From NCBI RefSeq assembly GCF_006345805.1, contig NC_042997.1, positions 137,082,001 through 137,146,000 of the forward strand: a stretch of 64,000 nucleotides of DNA. Direction: 5' to 3'. The position numbers and the translations under genes were made by a program. Within the stretch, counting starts at the first letter, position 1; every line of letters starts with the position of its first letter. A model generated the notes under the pieces. It was not told where the DNA came from. It did no database searches and worked only from the letters and a program-made list of their open reading frames with translations. Below, piece after piece: positions 40,446 to 55,400 of this stretch. Source of the stretch: Octopus sinensis (taxonomy: Eukaryota).

Positions 40446-43400
40446 TGATACGACTGTGGAGAGTCAAATATTCAAACTCTCCTGCAGTTCGTCTATGCAT
40501 TCCAAGTCAAGTAAATCTTTACATTGTATTTCCCAGTGATCATTCCAAACAGATATTTATTATAAATGAACTGATCTCATCAAATGACCACTACATAATA
40601 TATCAATCAGCAAATTAGTAGTGTTTTAGTCACTTCTACTATGTACAGTAGATATAGACATTGAAAACCAAAAGCCGCAAATTTTTTGAACATCACTTGA
40701 TGAAGCCATGTTTTTAATGTAATAATAATTATTAAATCTAATGCCTTCATTTTATTGAAATTTAAATGTCATTTAAAATTTCTAAATGTTGCTGAATATA
40801 TCGAGTAATATATTCAATGAAACTCATTAAAAAAATAAAATGAATACTGTGTTACCAAATATTGAAAAGTAACTGCACTTGTTTCATTTTACTACACTGA
40901 CAATTATATAAGTAAACTTTACTTGTACAAAATCAATATTTTATCAAATCTTATATAATCAGGTCATGAAGAAAAAATTTCCTTTGCTAGAAAAATTATG
41001 AGATGATTTCATCTAAGAGGAAGACTTGGCACAATTGAGTACTGTTTAATTGTTGTCGCTGTTGTTGTTGTTGAGTAGCCCAGTCAGCTCTATTTGAGTA
41101 AGCCTATGGCTTAATGATTGCTAATCAAAGATTTGTTCCATCACTGCTTTAACTCAGGTTAACCTGCCTTTGTGGGCATGTTGTCCTAAAATTTGACTTA
41201 AACATGTGATTCTTGTTTTATAGATGGTAGCAGAGAGTTTGTTAAAAGGAATTTGGTTGGTTCATTGAGCAGGTTGGGCAACTAATATTGTTTTAATTTT
41301 AAAGCACAAGAATATTATGTAAATTGAGTAACAACGAGTTTGATTTTTCTATTTAGATGCTATTTCTAATTAAACAGATGAATTGATAAATTCAAACTTT
41401 CACATATATGTGTTTACTGTAATTGCATCTATAATTTAAATCTATTATCATCAAATATATTAATTTGTATATAATTATTATAATTGATAGTCTTAATCAT
41501 AAATGTTTACCAAAGCACATTTATTGCTATCTAAAGTTTGATTTTATTTTGCTTTTTAAGAAAAGGACTAAATTGAGAGCAAATTCTGATTAACATTATT
41601 AGTAAAATTATTTTATAGGAATAATCACGAAGAGATTCTGATAGGAACTTATTTTCTAGAATAGGTGAAATAACTTAGGTTTATTCTTTCCCCTCCATAA
41701 AACTAAACTACTTCTGTAATAAAAAAATTAATTTTTTTTTAATATGCATACATATCAGTTCCTTTATTATTACAATTTTTATTATTAATTCTGGATAACT
41801 TGGCAAGTTGACAGAATTGTTAAAACTTGAGAAAAAAAAGTGTTTTGCAGTATTTGTTCCAGTTCGAAGTTCAAGTCTCAACACGATCAACTTTGCCTTT
41901 TATCCTTTTTGGATCAAAAAAATAAAGTTCTAGTCAGGTACTAGGATTGAGTAATCTTCTCCCATCAAAATTGCTGGTCTTCTACCTAAGAGACCATTAT
42001 ATATTCCAGACGACATTTAATGAGGTTTCCAAAATTTTAGTTTTTGATTACATTTAGCTGGTTTCTCTAAATGGCTCTGTAAAATATGACTTTCAACAAT
42101 GTGATGGTGGTCATTACAGCAGCAGATTCTCATTTATTTGTGTATTTTGTTTCAAATTATAAATAAATGTTAGCTTTGATATTACTTTCATAGATTGTCA
42201 GTCTGATAATTACAAAAATATAGAAGTGAATATTCATAGAAAAAATTATTTTTGTTGTAATAGGAACATCAGTCAAGTTTATTTGTCTTATGGAAGTGAG
42301 ATAAGTAAATTACTACTTCCATTAATAAATTATTATTGGCTTTATGGACTTGAGGATTGTATATTTCCAAGCCACATTCATTGTAGAATTTCAGGTTGGT
42401 AGTATAAGTCAACAAAACCCTTTTCAAATATACAATTTTCTCAGTACATAAAGTGGGTAAGTTGTACTACTCCAGATGGATTGGGCTAATAAGAGTTAAT
42501 TATCATTCCTATGGATATAATACAGCAGTATTAGTAGGACATAAATTGTTAAGACTAGCTGATGGCTCCAATTAGAATATATATCATAAATATATTGGCT
42601 GGCCACAAATGGCTTTTTTTTTTTTTTTGAGATAGTGTAGAATATTTAAAGTACTAACTGTGCTCAGGTTATTACATGATCTAGTCAAGACACCTACATA
42701 TTGTTGAAATATCATTTTACAAAAGAAAAAATGCCTCGGAAAGTGGTAGCAGTCGTTTCTGTAAAAGAAAGAACAATTTTTAAAAAAACATTTGAAATTG
42801 TCAAACTGCAAGCAATGTAGAGGTGAAATTTTATACTTTTAGGGTTGTGATACAAATATTAAAAAAACAAGTCACCAAAGAAATACATTTTGGCATGCTG
42901 ATAGTCTGTGATAAAATGTTATTTTGGCAATTTGAAAAAGGAGTCTTGAATAAAACAAGGAATGTTTTGAATAGCCTCAGTTATAGAGTGGTTTATAAGA
43001 ATACTGGCTTGATAAGAGATGGAGATCAGGAATTCAAATGGTTGCCAATTACTTTTGTTGTGGGTTTTAGAGGGGTGGGGAAGTGTATATATTTAAATTC
43101 AATTGCTCCCATTTCAATGATTTATACAAATAATTTAATAATTAAGATAACTACTTAAACTAATAATGTTGAGATTAGAGTTTACTATGAGTGCAATTGA
43201 TTAAAATAACAAAACCAAAGTTCTGTGTAATTAAACTTGTATTCTTTATATCTAAATTAATATTTTTTTTCTATGGTTCCAAATAACATTTAAGATTTTT
43301 TTTAATGTGTATTTATTATATATTGATAGAAAGTATGAAGATTGAAACACTGCCTCATGTAATATTTTGTCTTAAGCATAATAGTTAATTTAACAAATAT

Positions 43401-46400
43401 TTACATTTAGACATTCAAAAGTAGTTGTCAAGAAATATATCATTTTATTTTTTGTTATGCAGTTTTAATTTTTCATACATAATTGGAAGGACCAGTTTTT
43501 GTAATAATCATATATGAAAAAGGAACTTTTTTTCCAATCTTTTGTTGCAATAAATTTATAAAAAAATTATAGAAAAATAAAATTTGTTATTATCAACATA
43601 TTTTTAAATCTCTTTTTGAAACTTTTTTTTTTTTACTTAAAAAAATTGTAAACATGTAAAGTTCAAAATATACTGACTCTTGATATTACTTTCTTTTTAT
43701 TAAGAAACTTTATTTGTAATTTAATTTTCATGCTTTACCTGTGCACAAAGTGACAGTATTTTTATGCTTTATATTATTGCTTTTTTACATTTCATTGTCA
43801 TCTGGGAGTATACATATAATTATGCCATATATGCTTTATATCTGAATATTATTTCATTGTTTCATCATATTTTAGTCAAGTTTTGTACTATAATATATAT
43901 TCAAGCACCATGAAGTAGTAGTAAGTTACCGGATCTGTAATACAGAGTCAGTTTTTGGTCAAACTTTCGTTTGGTATTTGGAATTTCTAAATTATGGTTA
44001 ATAGCATTAAGAGGCATGATTTAATCACATTATAGTTTAACCATTGCTAGGTGGTTCATTAAGAATGTTAAATTATAATATAGTTAAACCATTCCTCTCC
44101 ATGCTATTGACCATAATGTTAAAAATCTAATTTCAACTCTAAAGCTCACATTTTACATCACTTTTGTCCTCCCTATTTCTCTTCAGAAAAAAATTATTAA
44201 AATCCCACTATTCAGTAATGCTTATAATAATGATTTCAAAATATGGCACAAAGCCACAAGTTTGTAAGAGAGGATCATAGAGAATTGAATTGACCTCGGA
44301 TACAGTTGGTAAGTATCTAATCATCAGCATTTCACTATGTCTAACAAACATTAGCTGATTCATTTGCTGAAATTACAATACAACCAAACACAGAGGGTGT
44401 ACTAAATAATTTAAAGTACTTGTGTTCAAGTCATTCTATGGGCTTGGAGAGAATGATTAGAAATTGTTCAGGTGAGACCAGGAGTCATCTTTGTCACTCA
44501 TGTCAATAGATCTGGAACCTGGTTTTGACTCTGAATATATTATACATCAGAATTCAATCACCTTTGGAAGTCATGGATAGACATCTGCTTTAGGTAGATA
44601 TCTTACTTGAATAAGAGAGATCCTCTGAAAAAGATAAGTTGTTTTTTTACTCAAAAGCAAGCATGAAAAACACCTAAGAAATTCACAGCTTGAGCTTGCA
44701 TTAAAATCATACAATACACCTTAGCAAAATGATTAAGTCTCTAGGGCAGGTTGCACATGTCACTATGTAGTCAATATGAAGACTAATGTGGTAAACCAAG
44801 GGCATCAAGGTCTTTTGGTTTTGAAGGCCAGATGGAAGCAAAAACTAGATCTTGCAGACTGGTAGAGACAATCATTACTCCGAAAAACATAATGTAACTT
44901 TATTAACAAGAAAGAATATGAGTTGTTAGCAAAGTTTGTATTTAGAGATATGCAAGGAAAACTCATCCATATAGTATATTTATATATATATATATATAAT
45001 CCTATTAAGTAAGAGATCTTAGAGTAAGAATGGAGTTAAATATTGTCCAAATGAATGCAACAAGATCTGGATAAAACAAATATTTGATAGAAAGTTGGCA
45101 CTGTTTCAACAGGAAAACCGTTCAATATCACTAGAATCCATTTGAGGAAATAGGTTGCATGTTTCTAGTGTATGTATTTATAAGCTTCTTTCTCATTGGT
45201 TGATGAGATAAAAGAATCCATGAGGTGCTCTAATTTGAATAATTGGAACTATAATCGTGCTTGTAACTAGGCTCCAACTTTGAATGCATACTAGTGTTGT
45301 ATATTTTACAGAATATTTTAAAATTGAAACAATAAGATTTTTTTTAAAAATGAGCCAGGAACTAGATTAAATATAGCCAAGGGCCATATATTTGACATTC
45401 CTGTTGTAAACAAATATAAGTTGATGGCATACATTAAAACAAACACAGTCACTTATGGAGAATTCAATTTTGCTACAAAATAAACACCACTATAACAAAA
45501 CATGTTATATTGCTCATCTCTGCCTGAATCTTTTTACTTGTTTGTACACTGATTAGTTGGCAGAAATGCTGAAAAAAATTCAGTATATTTCCAGAAGTAT
45601 ATGGTTACAGAAAAAGTAAACCATGAACACTGAAGGGATAGGATCAAGAAATGAGGCTGGTTTTAAGTTGCATTTTACTAAACATGGAAAAAAGAAATCA
45701 GTACAGAGAGGAAGTTTCATGTGTTAGAAATATAAAAGAACTCAAGACAGTGCCAAAAGCTATGCTAAACAGTCTCACCAAATGAGAAATTGGTGAGCAA
45801 ATTGTATGCAAATGGTCTTGTTACTTGCCAGGCTATTAGACAAAAGCATTACAGCTACTCATGAATACAAGAATAAGTACATTACCAAAATGGTAGTAAT
45901 GATTGTCTCAGGAAGCCATTTTGTGGATATTATAGATGTGTATTTTTAATAAAGTTCATTAAAATCATATCATAAATGTTTACATCATTCAAACACTATC
46001 AAATGAATTTATATGTACACCTATAACCACTTTACATAGTATACTGGGAACCTTGTTTCATTCCCTCAGTACTTGTGAGGTGGCTATGCAGCTTGCTAGA
46101 CTATGAACCCTGATATTCTTTTACTATTTTCAGTCATTGAACAATGGCCATACTGAGCAAACCTAGGTAGGATTTGAACTCAGAACATTAAGGATTTACC
46201 CAAATACCTCACAGTGTTTTGTTTGATGCTCTTGATTTTTCTCTCTATTTTTTTAAAGAGGAAAGGCAATAGCTATTCTGAAATGTACAGTAAATGTGAC
46301 TCGATTAAATAAATTTGTTTCACAAAATGAACAGATGTGTACATACGTACAATTTTAATATCATTCAATAGAAACCGTTTTTCTATGAACATTTGTCTTG

Positions 46401-46460
46401 TAACAAAATGCATCAAAACACATGGATATGAAATGCCTTATCTCACATAATTTCTCATAT

Positions 46461-47428
46461 CATCATCATCATTTAACGTCTGCTTCCCATGCCAACATGG
46501 GTTGGACGGTTCAACTGGGGTCTGGGGAGCCCGAAGGCTGCACCAGGCCAGTCAGATCTGGCAGTGTTTCTACAGCTGGATGCCCTTCCTAACGCCAACC
46601 ACTCCGAGAGTGTAGTGGGTGATTTTATGTGCCACCGACACAGGTGCCAGATGAGGCTGGCGAACGGCCACGCTCGGATGGTGTTTTCATGTGCCACCGA
46701 CACAGGTGCCAGACAGGGCTAGCAGACGACCACGCTCGGATGGTGTTTTTTATGTGCCACCGACACAGGAGCCAGATTTGGCTGGCGATCGGCCACGATT
46801 GGATGGTGATTGTTACGTGCCCACAGCATGGAGGCCAGTCGGTGCGGTACTGGCTACGGCCACGTTCGGATGGTTTTCTTGTGTGCCACCGGCACTGGTA
46901 CCACCAAGATACAAATTCCATTGATGTTCATCTATTTTGATTTTGTTTGATTTTCACTTGCCTCAACAGGTCTTCACAAGTATCACAAGAAGGAAGGTAT
47001 GCACAGGTGGCCTGACTACGTCCCAGGTAGGGGCCACAGGTTATGGCCTGACTAGTCTTGCCGGGTCTTCTCACGCACAGCATACTTCCATAGGTCTCGG
47101 TCTCTAGTCATTTCCTTGGTGAGACCTAAACTTCGTAGGTCGTGCTTCACCACTTCGTCCCAGGTTTTCCTGGGTCTACCTCTTCCACAGGTTCCCTCAA
47201 CTGCTAGGGTGTAGCACTTTTGCACACAACTATCTTCAGCCATTCTCGTCATATGACCATACCAGCGCAGCCGTCTCTCTTGCACACCACAACTGACGCT
47301 TCTTAGGTTCAACTTTTCTCTCAAGGTACTTACACTCTGACGATTATGAACACTGACATTACACATCCATCGGAGCATACTGGCTTCATTTCTTGCGAGC
47401 TTACGCATATCCTCAGCAGTCACGGCCC
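46461..47428 (-). mobile_element. Young RTE LINE 3' part (second subfamily)
   Basis: Open C-terminus WAVTAEDMRKLARNEASMLRW...GRGRPRKTW...YAVREKTRQD*, CpG-rich ~62-bp tandem units, (CAT)n tail. Confidence 0.92.
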
Positions 47429-48020
47429 ATATATAAACATATATACTAAACATTGTATAATGGACAAGTAACAAGACAAAATTCAATATTAAAATTAAGA
47501 TTTCTAGCTGTATTTTCTGATTAAAATGGTTGTGATCTTTTTCTGAACATGGTTGATTTAAAATTAGTGGAAGAAAAATAAGAGTGTGTGATGTTCTGAT
47601 TTTTACATTGGTCATGCTAGTGGGGACAGCTAAAGTTGAGAAATGGTTACAACTTAGAATTGAAACAAAGCAGACTACTCCAAACCATGCAAGTGTAATA
47701 TACTTTGAAGAAATACTCCAAAATCAAACTGCAGCTGAGAGAATATTTAGTACATTTCTCATTTAATGTGAAAGTGTGTGACCAAGTAGTTATAGTGTTG
47801 CACTCATGATAGCAAGGTTACAGTTTCAATTCCCAGACAGGGTGGAGCATTGTGTTCTAGAGTAAAACATTTCATTTCACTCAGCTGTATAGTGACAAAA
47901 CCTGCATTGGACAGGTGTCCCATTCAGTGGGAATGTTGTGATCTCAGTTACACACCATGGAAACTGGGTAACTTGCCCTGTGAGTCTTAGGACTCAAGGC
48001 AGTGCTTGCTTTCTTCTCAT

Positions 48021-48246
48021 GAAACCCTTTAGCATTCAGATTACTTTGTCAGATGTAAAACGTATTTATTCATTGTTTTAAATTAATCATGCATTATCTC
48101 GTAGCTTTAAGATTTTGATGATGTGATTGTTTATCTATAGAATGACATTGTAGCATCAGTCTGAGAGGCCAGATTTGACTGGTTTGAACATAAAACTGGT
48201 ATAACATTTGAGCATGATGTGGCTGGCATAAATGCTAAAGGATTAA
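48021..48246. mobile_element. piggyBac-type MITE, same family, opposite orientation
   Basis: AACCCTTTAGCATTCAGA ... AATGCTAAAGGATTAA; the interior is reverse-complementary to the 37464 copy. Confidence 0.8.
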
Positions 48247-49424
48247 TATCAGAGTAATGTGCAAGAAAAGTGAAATATTGAATTATCAATTTTAATTACG
48301 TTCAACTCATCTGACTGAAAACAACAAACAGTGTTATTTTACATTTGAATGGTTATTAAAATATTTAGTAAAGTTTAGGTTAGTTGAAATATGACAAACA
48401 TATTTCAACTGCTAAAAGGCAAATTCACTGCAGCTACTGAAGAGAAAAATTTCTCTTATGGTAAAAAGGTGTAAAAACACCATACCTGTTCAGTGTCACC
48501 ATCTGTCAGGATTCCCAGACATCAGGTTTCTAGCTCTTAGCTGTTATTGATGGGATATACCTAAGAGAGACAACTCTGAACAGACCTTATAAGCTGCTAA
48601 TATGAGAGAGAAATCCCATTTTCCAACTCATACAACTTGTGCTAAAAAATATATAAACAACAACTTTATGATAAATTTAATATGAATTTCATAAACAACA
48701 AAATAAATAAACTGAAGACCCACCATCAGTATTTTTGTGTTTATTTTTTTTCCTTATGTGAATTTTCTTTAAAATGTACATAGTTTAACAAGTGTATATA
48801 CAATAGTAGTATCTGAGCATCTTTCCACAGACAATCTGAAATATGTTTACAAGAAAGGTAAATATTTGTAATGTTTGAATGACATTTTTAATGTTTGATT
48901 GACTAATTCAAAGATGAAGTCGTCCTCCTCCTCCTCATCATCATCATCATCATTAATGTCCATGTTCCATGCTTGCATGGGTTGGATGGATTGACAGGAT
49001 CAAATGGTTCTGAGACTACATCAAACTCCAATGTCTGCTTTGGTATGGTTTTTACAGCCAGATACCCTTCCTAATGCCAACCACTTTGCAGCATGTATTG
49101 AATGCCAACACTAGTGACGTCACCAAGCAACTTGCCAGACTAAGTTTCCCTTTGGCTGAGTGGGTCTATAGTAGAGAGGGAAGTGGTTCTATGCTAGGAG
49201 TTGAGTGGTTAATGTATGAGAAGAGGCCAGCAGAGAGCATAGTTCTTCCTATAGGGGAGCTATTTGACTACTCACATTATAGAAGAGAAGGTGGGAGTGA
49301 CAAGAGTGGAGATGGAGAGAGAGAGTGGTGATGAGGTGTCAAGGTGGCCTCCCAAAATATGGAGTGAGTAGAAGTGTCACAAAAAAAAAACCCAACAACA
49401 ATAGAAACTTTGTTTTGGCAAGAT

Positions 49425-52400
49425 TTAGTGACGTAAATAATAATCAATGGCTGTAGAAAATGCAGCAAAACCAAGTGCACCAAATACTCCAGCTTTCAGA
49501 CCAGCTGAAATTAAAAACAAATAATCAGATATCAGTAAAGCAAATATAAAACAATCATATAATAATACCAAATATAATTAAATGATTTTACAAATCAGTG
49601 TTTAAGCCAAAAATATCCTAATAACAAATCAGCAATCATACAGAACCGATAGCTTGTGCACAGATTAATATTACATAATTCATTAAAAATGATGTTATCC
49701 ACAGATATATAGCATGGATGGAAGCACTCCGTCGGTTACGACGACGAGGGTTCCGGTTGATCCGACCAATGGAATAGCCTGCTCGTGAAATTAACGTGTA
49801 AGTGGCTGAGCACTCCACAGACACGTGTACCCTTAACGTAGTTCTTGGGGATATTCAGCGTGACACAGAGAGTGACAAGGCCGGCCCTTTGAAATACAGG
49901 TACAACAGAAACAGGAAGTAAGAGTGAGAGAAAGTTGTGGTGAAAGAGTACAGCAGGAATCACCACCATCCCTGCTGGAGCCTCGTGGAGCTTTTTAGGT
50001 GCTTTAGCTCAATAAACACTCACAACGCCCGGTCTGGGAATCGAAACCATGATCCTACGACTGCGAGTCCGCTGCCCTAACCACTGAGCCACTGCGCCTC
50101 CAGATATATAGCATATTCCAACAAGAACTGTGTTATATCAACAAGACAAAGACACATTTAATTACAAGGTATTCAACCAAAGAATTGGCTCCATTTCTAT
50201 AAGCGGGAATAACTAAGTCCCACGGAATATTTCTGAGTTACTGTATCTTGTTAATATGAAATGAGCGATTAGTGACAATATTTGCAAAGAGATTAATATT
50301 AATAGATTTCTTTTGATGAATGTGGAAACATCAGTTTATGTATAGTGTTCATGGCAAATAGAATTTTTTAAATTAGTAAAATCACCTTTTCATTTATATT
50401 GGAAAGAAAAATTATCAATATGCAATAAGTACTTGGTTATTTAATATCATTTACAAAGGTATCAATATTTTAAATTATAGGTAGATAGCCCTGAGTGGAA
50501 GGGGAGGAAATTTATAGGTTTAGGACTATGGAAGCAAACACTGACACACGCATGTGCATGCACATGAACACACATAATTTCATATACAAGCTACACACAA
50601 TCCAAACTATAAATAATGTGGAAAAAATACAAGGAATATAGTTTGTAACAAAGGAATCTGATCAGTCAAGGAATTGCTTAATTAATTAATGAGTTAACTG
50701 AAAATAATAAAAGACAGTGCATGTTTTAATCGGCAATGTACAACAAAAAATAAAATCTAGAGTAAAGGTTCAATATGTATGTGTTAAGTATATGTATCCA
50801 CTGTATGCAGTACATCATTTGATGGAAAACATTCAAGTGAATGAGTAGTCAGTCTCTATTATATAGTGCTTATGTTTTCCAAATGAAAAGTTTTTAAAAT
50901 AGTACAGAACAAAAGTGATTTGCTAACTATTGAATTAGATATATCAAATTATTATTTATAAACTTATTTCTTTAACTGTTTTGATACCAACCTGCCTGAG
51001 ACTGCCCTTGGTTCTATGATACAAATTTCCTTTTGCAAATTGAGCTAAGTTGAAACCTTTATTCAAACTTTCATGTTAAAATACTTTCCACGCACTAGCT
51101 TAATAATGACAGGAATTTTACAAAATTCTTCACTATTTTCAAAATTAATTGAAACAAAGGCAAAGTATTTCAACAGGAATATGGTAACAAAAGGGTTAAA
51201 GAGAAACATGACAATTATAATATATCCATGATGTATTAAAAAAACTACACCTCATTACAAACAAATATAATGAAAATTTAAAGAGTTATTAAAAAATTTA
51301 CTGATAACTTACCACGAAGTCCTAGTACACCCCCAACAATACCACCAGATAATGTACCATTTAGCAATTCTGTTTTGCCTCTGATCTATAGGAATAAAAT
51401 ATTTTCACTAAATTATATTCAGTCATTAGCATATGTAGAAAGAATATAAAAACATGAAATATTTTGAGTAAATGTAGTGAAATAATCTTAGGTTTTCTAC
51501 AATTATTTTCTATCCATAAAATTTATTCTGATGCATTCAGTGAAGGTCCGGTGAAGAACTGGCCCCGTTTCTACAAAGTTAAGATATGCTGCTCATTATT
51601 AGTCAAAACCAGCCTATTTATGTTAAATATAGCATGGACAACAGACATTAAATGATAATGATGATGACATAAAAATAGACTGAAACACTTGCAGCAAATG
51701 TCATCAAATATCACTGAATATCTACAAATACAGTCCCTGTAGGAATCACTGAGGGAGGCAGACACTATCAAATATTGAAACCACAAAGCAGATCTACAAC
51801 TACAGGCCTTATTGATGATACTGAAGTCTGGATTGAGCTTGCAAAGTTGACAACACTGTGAGATATCATTTGATAACTGTGTGTAGAGCTAAATATACAC
51901 ACACACACATATATACATAAATATATATATATATATATATATATAATACAACATAAGAAAATGGAGAAATACACCTTAATCAATAATCAACTACCAGATA
52001 GTACCCAATCACATAATTTATTAAACCACTACATATGAACATCAAGGTCAAACATAATAGTATAGAACAAAACAATGCACCTCAATGAGTAATATGATAC
52101 AATAAGTACAATATGTATAAGTGAATATAAATAAATATAAATATAAACTACATCTTACAGCTGTTTCAGCCATCATCATCATCATCGTTTAACGTCCGTT
52201 TTCCATGCTAGCATGGGTTGGACGGTTCAACTGGGGTCTGTGAAGCCGGAAGGCTTCATCAGGCCTAGTCAGATCTGGCAGTGTTTCTACGGCTGGATGC
52301 CCTTCCTAACGCCAACCACTCCGTGAGTGTAGCGGATGCTTTTTACGTGCCACCCGCACAGGTGCCAGACAGAGCTGGCAAACGGCCACGAACGGATGGT

Positions 52401-55400
52401 GCTTTTTATGTGCCACCGGCACGGGGGCCAGGCGAGGCTGGCAACGGACACGAACGGATGGTGCTTTTTACATGCCACCGGCACGAGGCCAGTCGGGGCG
52501 GCGCTGGCAACGGTCACAAACGGATGGTTCTCTTACATGCCACCAGCACTGGTAACACATATATATATACATCTGGTAACACATATATATATACATCTGG
52601 TAACACATATATATATATATATTACTATCATTTGATAAGCAATCAATGTGTAAACTGTTTATGAGTGGTTGAAACAAAGGTGTATGAACAGAATAAAAGT
52701 AATGTGAATGTAAATTTTATATAAGTTATTCAAATTCAAAATGGTAATAAAATATGCTTAAATATGAGAAAGTTGGCCACTCCACTAGCACTGTAATAAT
52801 TTCTTAAAGATAGATAAGATTGAAAGAATCATTAAGTGTTAATACTAAAGGCTTGATGACAACAGCTACGAAAGTAAGGTATTAGAAGAGTAAAATAAAA
52901 ACTAAAAGTTGGTGCAACTGAATCAGTAGCCATATACAATCTTCTTTTAAGGCTGTCTTTTTCTATGTAAACACAAGTTCAGTGAACTGACTAGATTACT
53001 AATATAATTCTATATAGTTTGCAGCATGGAAGGTGTTTATAAGCCATTTAAGAAACTCACAAAAACCGTTAGATTCACTTCAACATTTAAATTTAATTTT
53101 TCAAAATATTTTCATTGCTTTGAGACCATGACCTATATAGTTTCTTTAGTCTTTAAAAATGTAAACTAAAAAGAAACCCATGCACAGTTGAGGGGATGTG
53201 ACATTTAAGAGACAGAACAGAAGTGAGATTAAGATTTTCAAATAATGTTGTAACATAAATAAACGAAGAAAATTATGTTAACAATCATCATCATTATCAT
53301 TTCACCACCATCATTTCAATGCCCAACTTTTCCATGTTTGCATAGGTCAGATGGAATTCATTGAAGCAGATTTTCTATGGTTAGATGCCCTTCCTGATGC
53401 CAATCTTCACCTGTTTCCAAGCAAGATAATATTTCCCCATGGACAGACATATTTTTCACAGAAATTCATCACTTGTAAGATGGTGATGCTTAATTTACAT
53501 CCATCACATGATGTCAAGACATGGGGCACACAAACACACACACAACAGACTTCTTTCAGTTTCTGTCAACCAGACCCACTCACAAGGCTCTGGTCAGCCT
53601 GGAGCTATAGTAGAAGACACTTGTTCAAGGTGCTGCACAGTGGGACTAAACCCAAAACCACATAGTTGAGAGGCAAGCTTCTTAACCACATGGTCATGTC
53701 TGCACCTACAATCACTTATTTATTTATGGAATATAATCACTAGTGTAGAAGTAGGCTGAAGTAGAACTGAGTCATTAAATGAAACCTTTTACCAAAGTGA
53801 AAATAATAGAGTGAGATAATTCTGAAGTTCCATCCACCTAAACAAACATAGAAATGATATAACATTGTTTGGCAATATATAAAACATACTTACTGTTTCT
53901 AAAGTGCATTCAGTACCTGCAAACATAGCACCAACCAATGCAAAGTTTTTTCCATATGAAAGTGTGCGTGCCTTCATTTCTTTTAGTACCAATTTAGTAG
54001 TTGGAGTCTCTGTGCTCATAGTTGACATTGGGTCAATACCAGCAGTAAATAGACCAAAAGCACCACCAAGTGCAAAACCTTAGAAATGAAAAAAAAATGT
54101 CTCAATTACTTCTTTACTTTTGAATTTGTCATGAGACAGATGTAAAATACAAAAGAATTTACATTAATAACAGACCAGATGCTGTGGTCTGATGAATAAA
54201 TCTATGAAAAAGATATATGTGAATGATTCATGAAAACTGATTAGGCTCTGTAGAAAACTAAATAATTCTTTCTACTAAAGGCACAAGGCCTGAAATTATA
54301 AAGGTGGGAGCAGCTAGTCAATTGCATTAACCCCAGTAGTCAACTGGTACTTATTTTTGTTGAACCCGAAAAGAATGAAAGACAAAATCAACCTCTGCAG
54401 CATTGTAAACTCAGAATATAAAGTTGGAAGAAATGCTGCTAAGCATTTTGCCCAGTGCGCTAATGATTCTGCCATCATGCAGCCTTAGAAAATTAAATAA
54501 TAAAGAGTATTAACAGTGCACTCTAAAATTCATGCAGATTTCCTCTAGAAATTTATACTTAACTCTTATCTTCTCTCTTAGTACTTAATGCTTTGAATCA
54601 TGACCTTCTCTAAATATGAACTAAAAAGGGAGCCAGCCTTTACATGGTCACTCAACCTGCTTGAAATAATAACCTAATCTCTCTCAAATAATACCCTACG
54701 GTCTTAAAAAAAAGATGATTTGTATGAGATGATTTGGGCTTTAATGCTTTTAATAACAGATTTGTTCAATCAGGGCTTATCTGAGTCTAAATAACATCAA
54801 CAACTTAAAACTCAGGCTCTGGTATGTTTTCAATACTATTAAACTAATCTCATCACCATCATCATCGTTTAACATCTGTGTTCACGCAAGCATAGATTGG
54901 ATGGTTTGATAGGAGATGGTAAGCCAGAGGAATGTACCAAGCTCCACAGTCTGCTCTGGTATGGTTTTTATGGCTTCATTGCTACCATTTCTATTTTGTT
55001 TAACAGTATCTAATCACAACATGTTGATAACTGGAAACATCTAAAAGTTCATTACACTTGTCCATCTCTAGAGTCCATACATATTTACCTGAATAACTTT
55101 TGCTAACCTGCTAGCCTAAATCCACAGGAAAAGATTAATTTCAAAAACTAAATTTACACATGAATTTTTGTTACCCAAAGTTTCTTTGAATTTCAGTTCA
55201 AATTACCTCAATGTAAAATTGTGTTATTTGCATAACTCAAGTGCACAATTCTGGTACAGTCCAGCACTTATTCTACAGTACTGTTATAGAATTATGGATG
55301 CATGGTTTAATCTTTTTGACAAAGTCACATTCATATCTGAACTCAAAAACAAACCAGCTTCTAGTCTTGGGTATGATATGGCATATTGTCAAGAATCTAA

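Noticed and set aside
42584-43158. ORFs downstream of ROGDI
   Set aside because: Low-complexity AT-rich sequence with no recognisable motif or splice-consistent exon chain; likely 3' UTR or intergenic.
46620-46905. Regularly spaced ~60-bp repeats resembling a CRISPR array (also 815-1095, 26820-27120, 52335-52550)
   Set aside because: The whole unit is repeated with no unique spacers, there are no cas genes, and the arrays sit inside RTE LINE 3' UTRs in a eukaryotic genome.
50025-50100. tRNA-like sequence with A and B boxes
   Set aside because: It is the head of a TSD-flanked SINE; no clean acceptor stem or terminator was seen.
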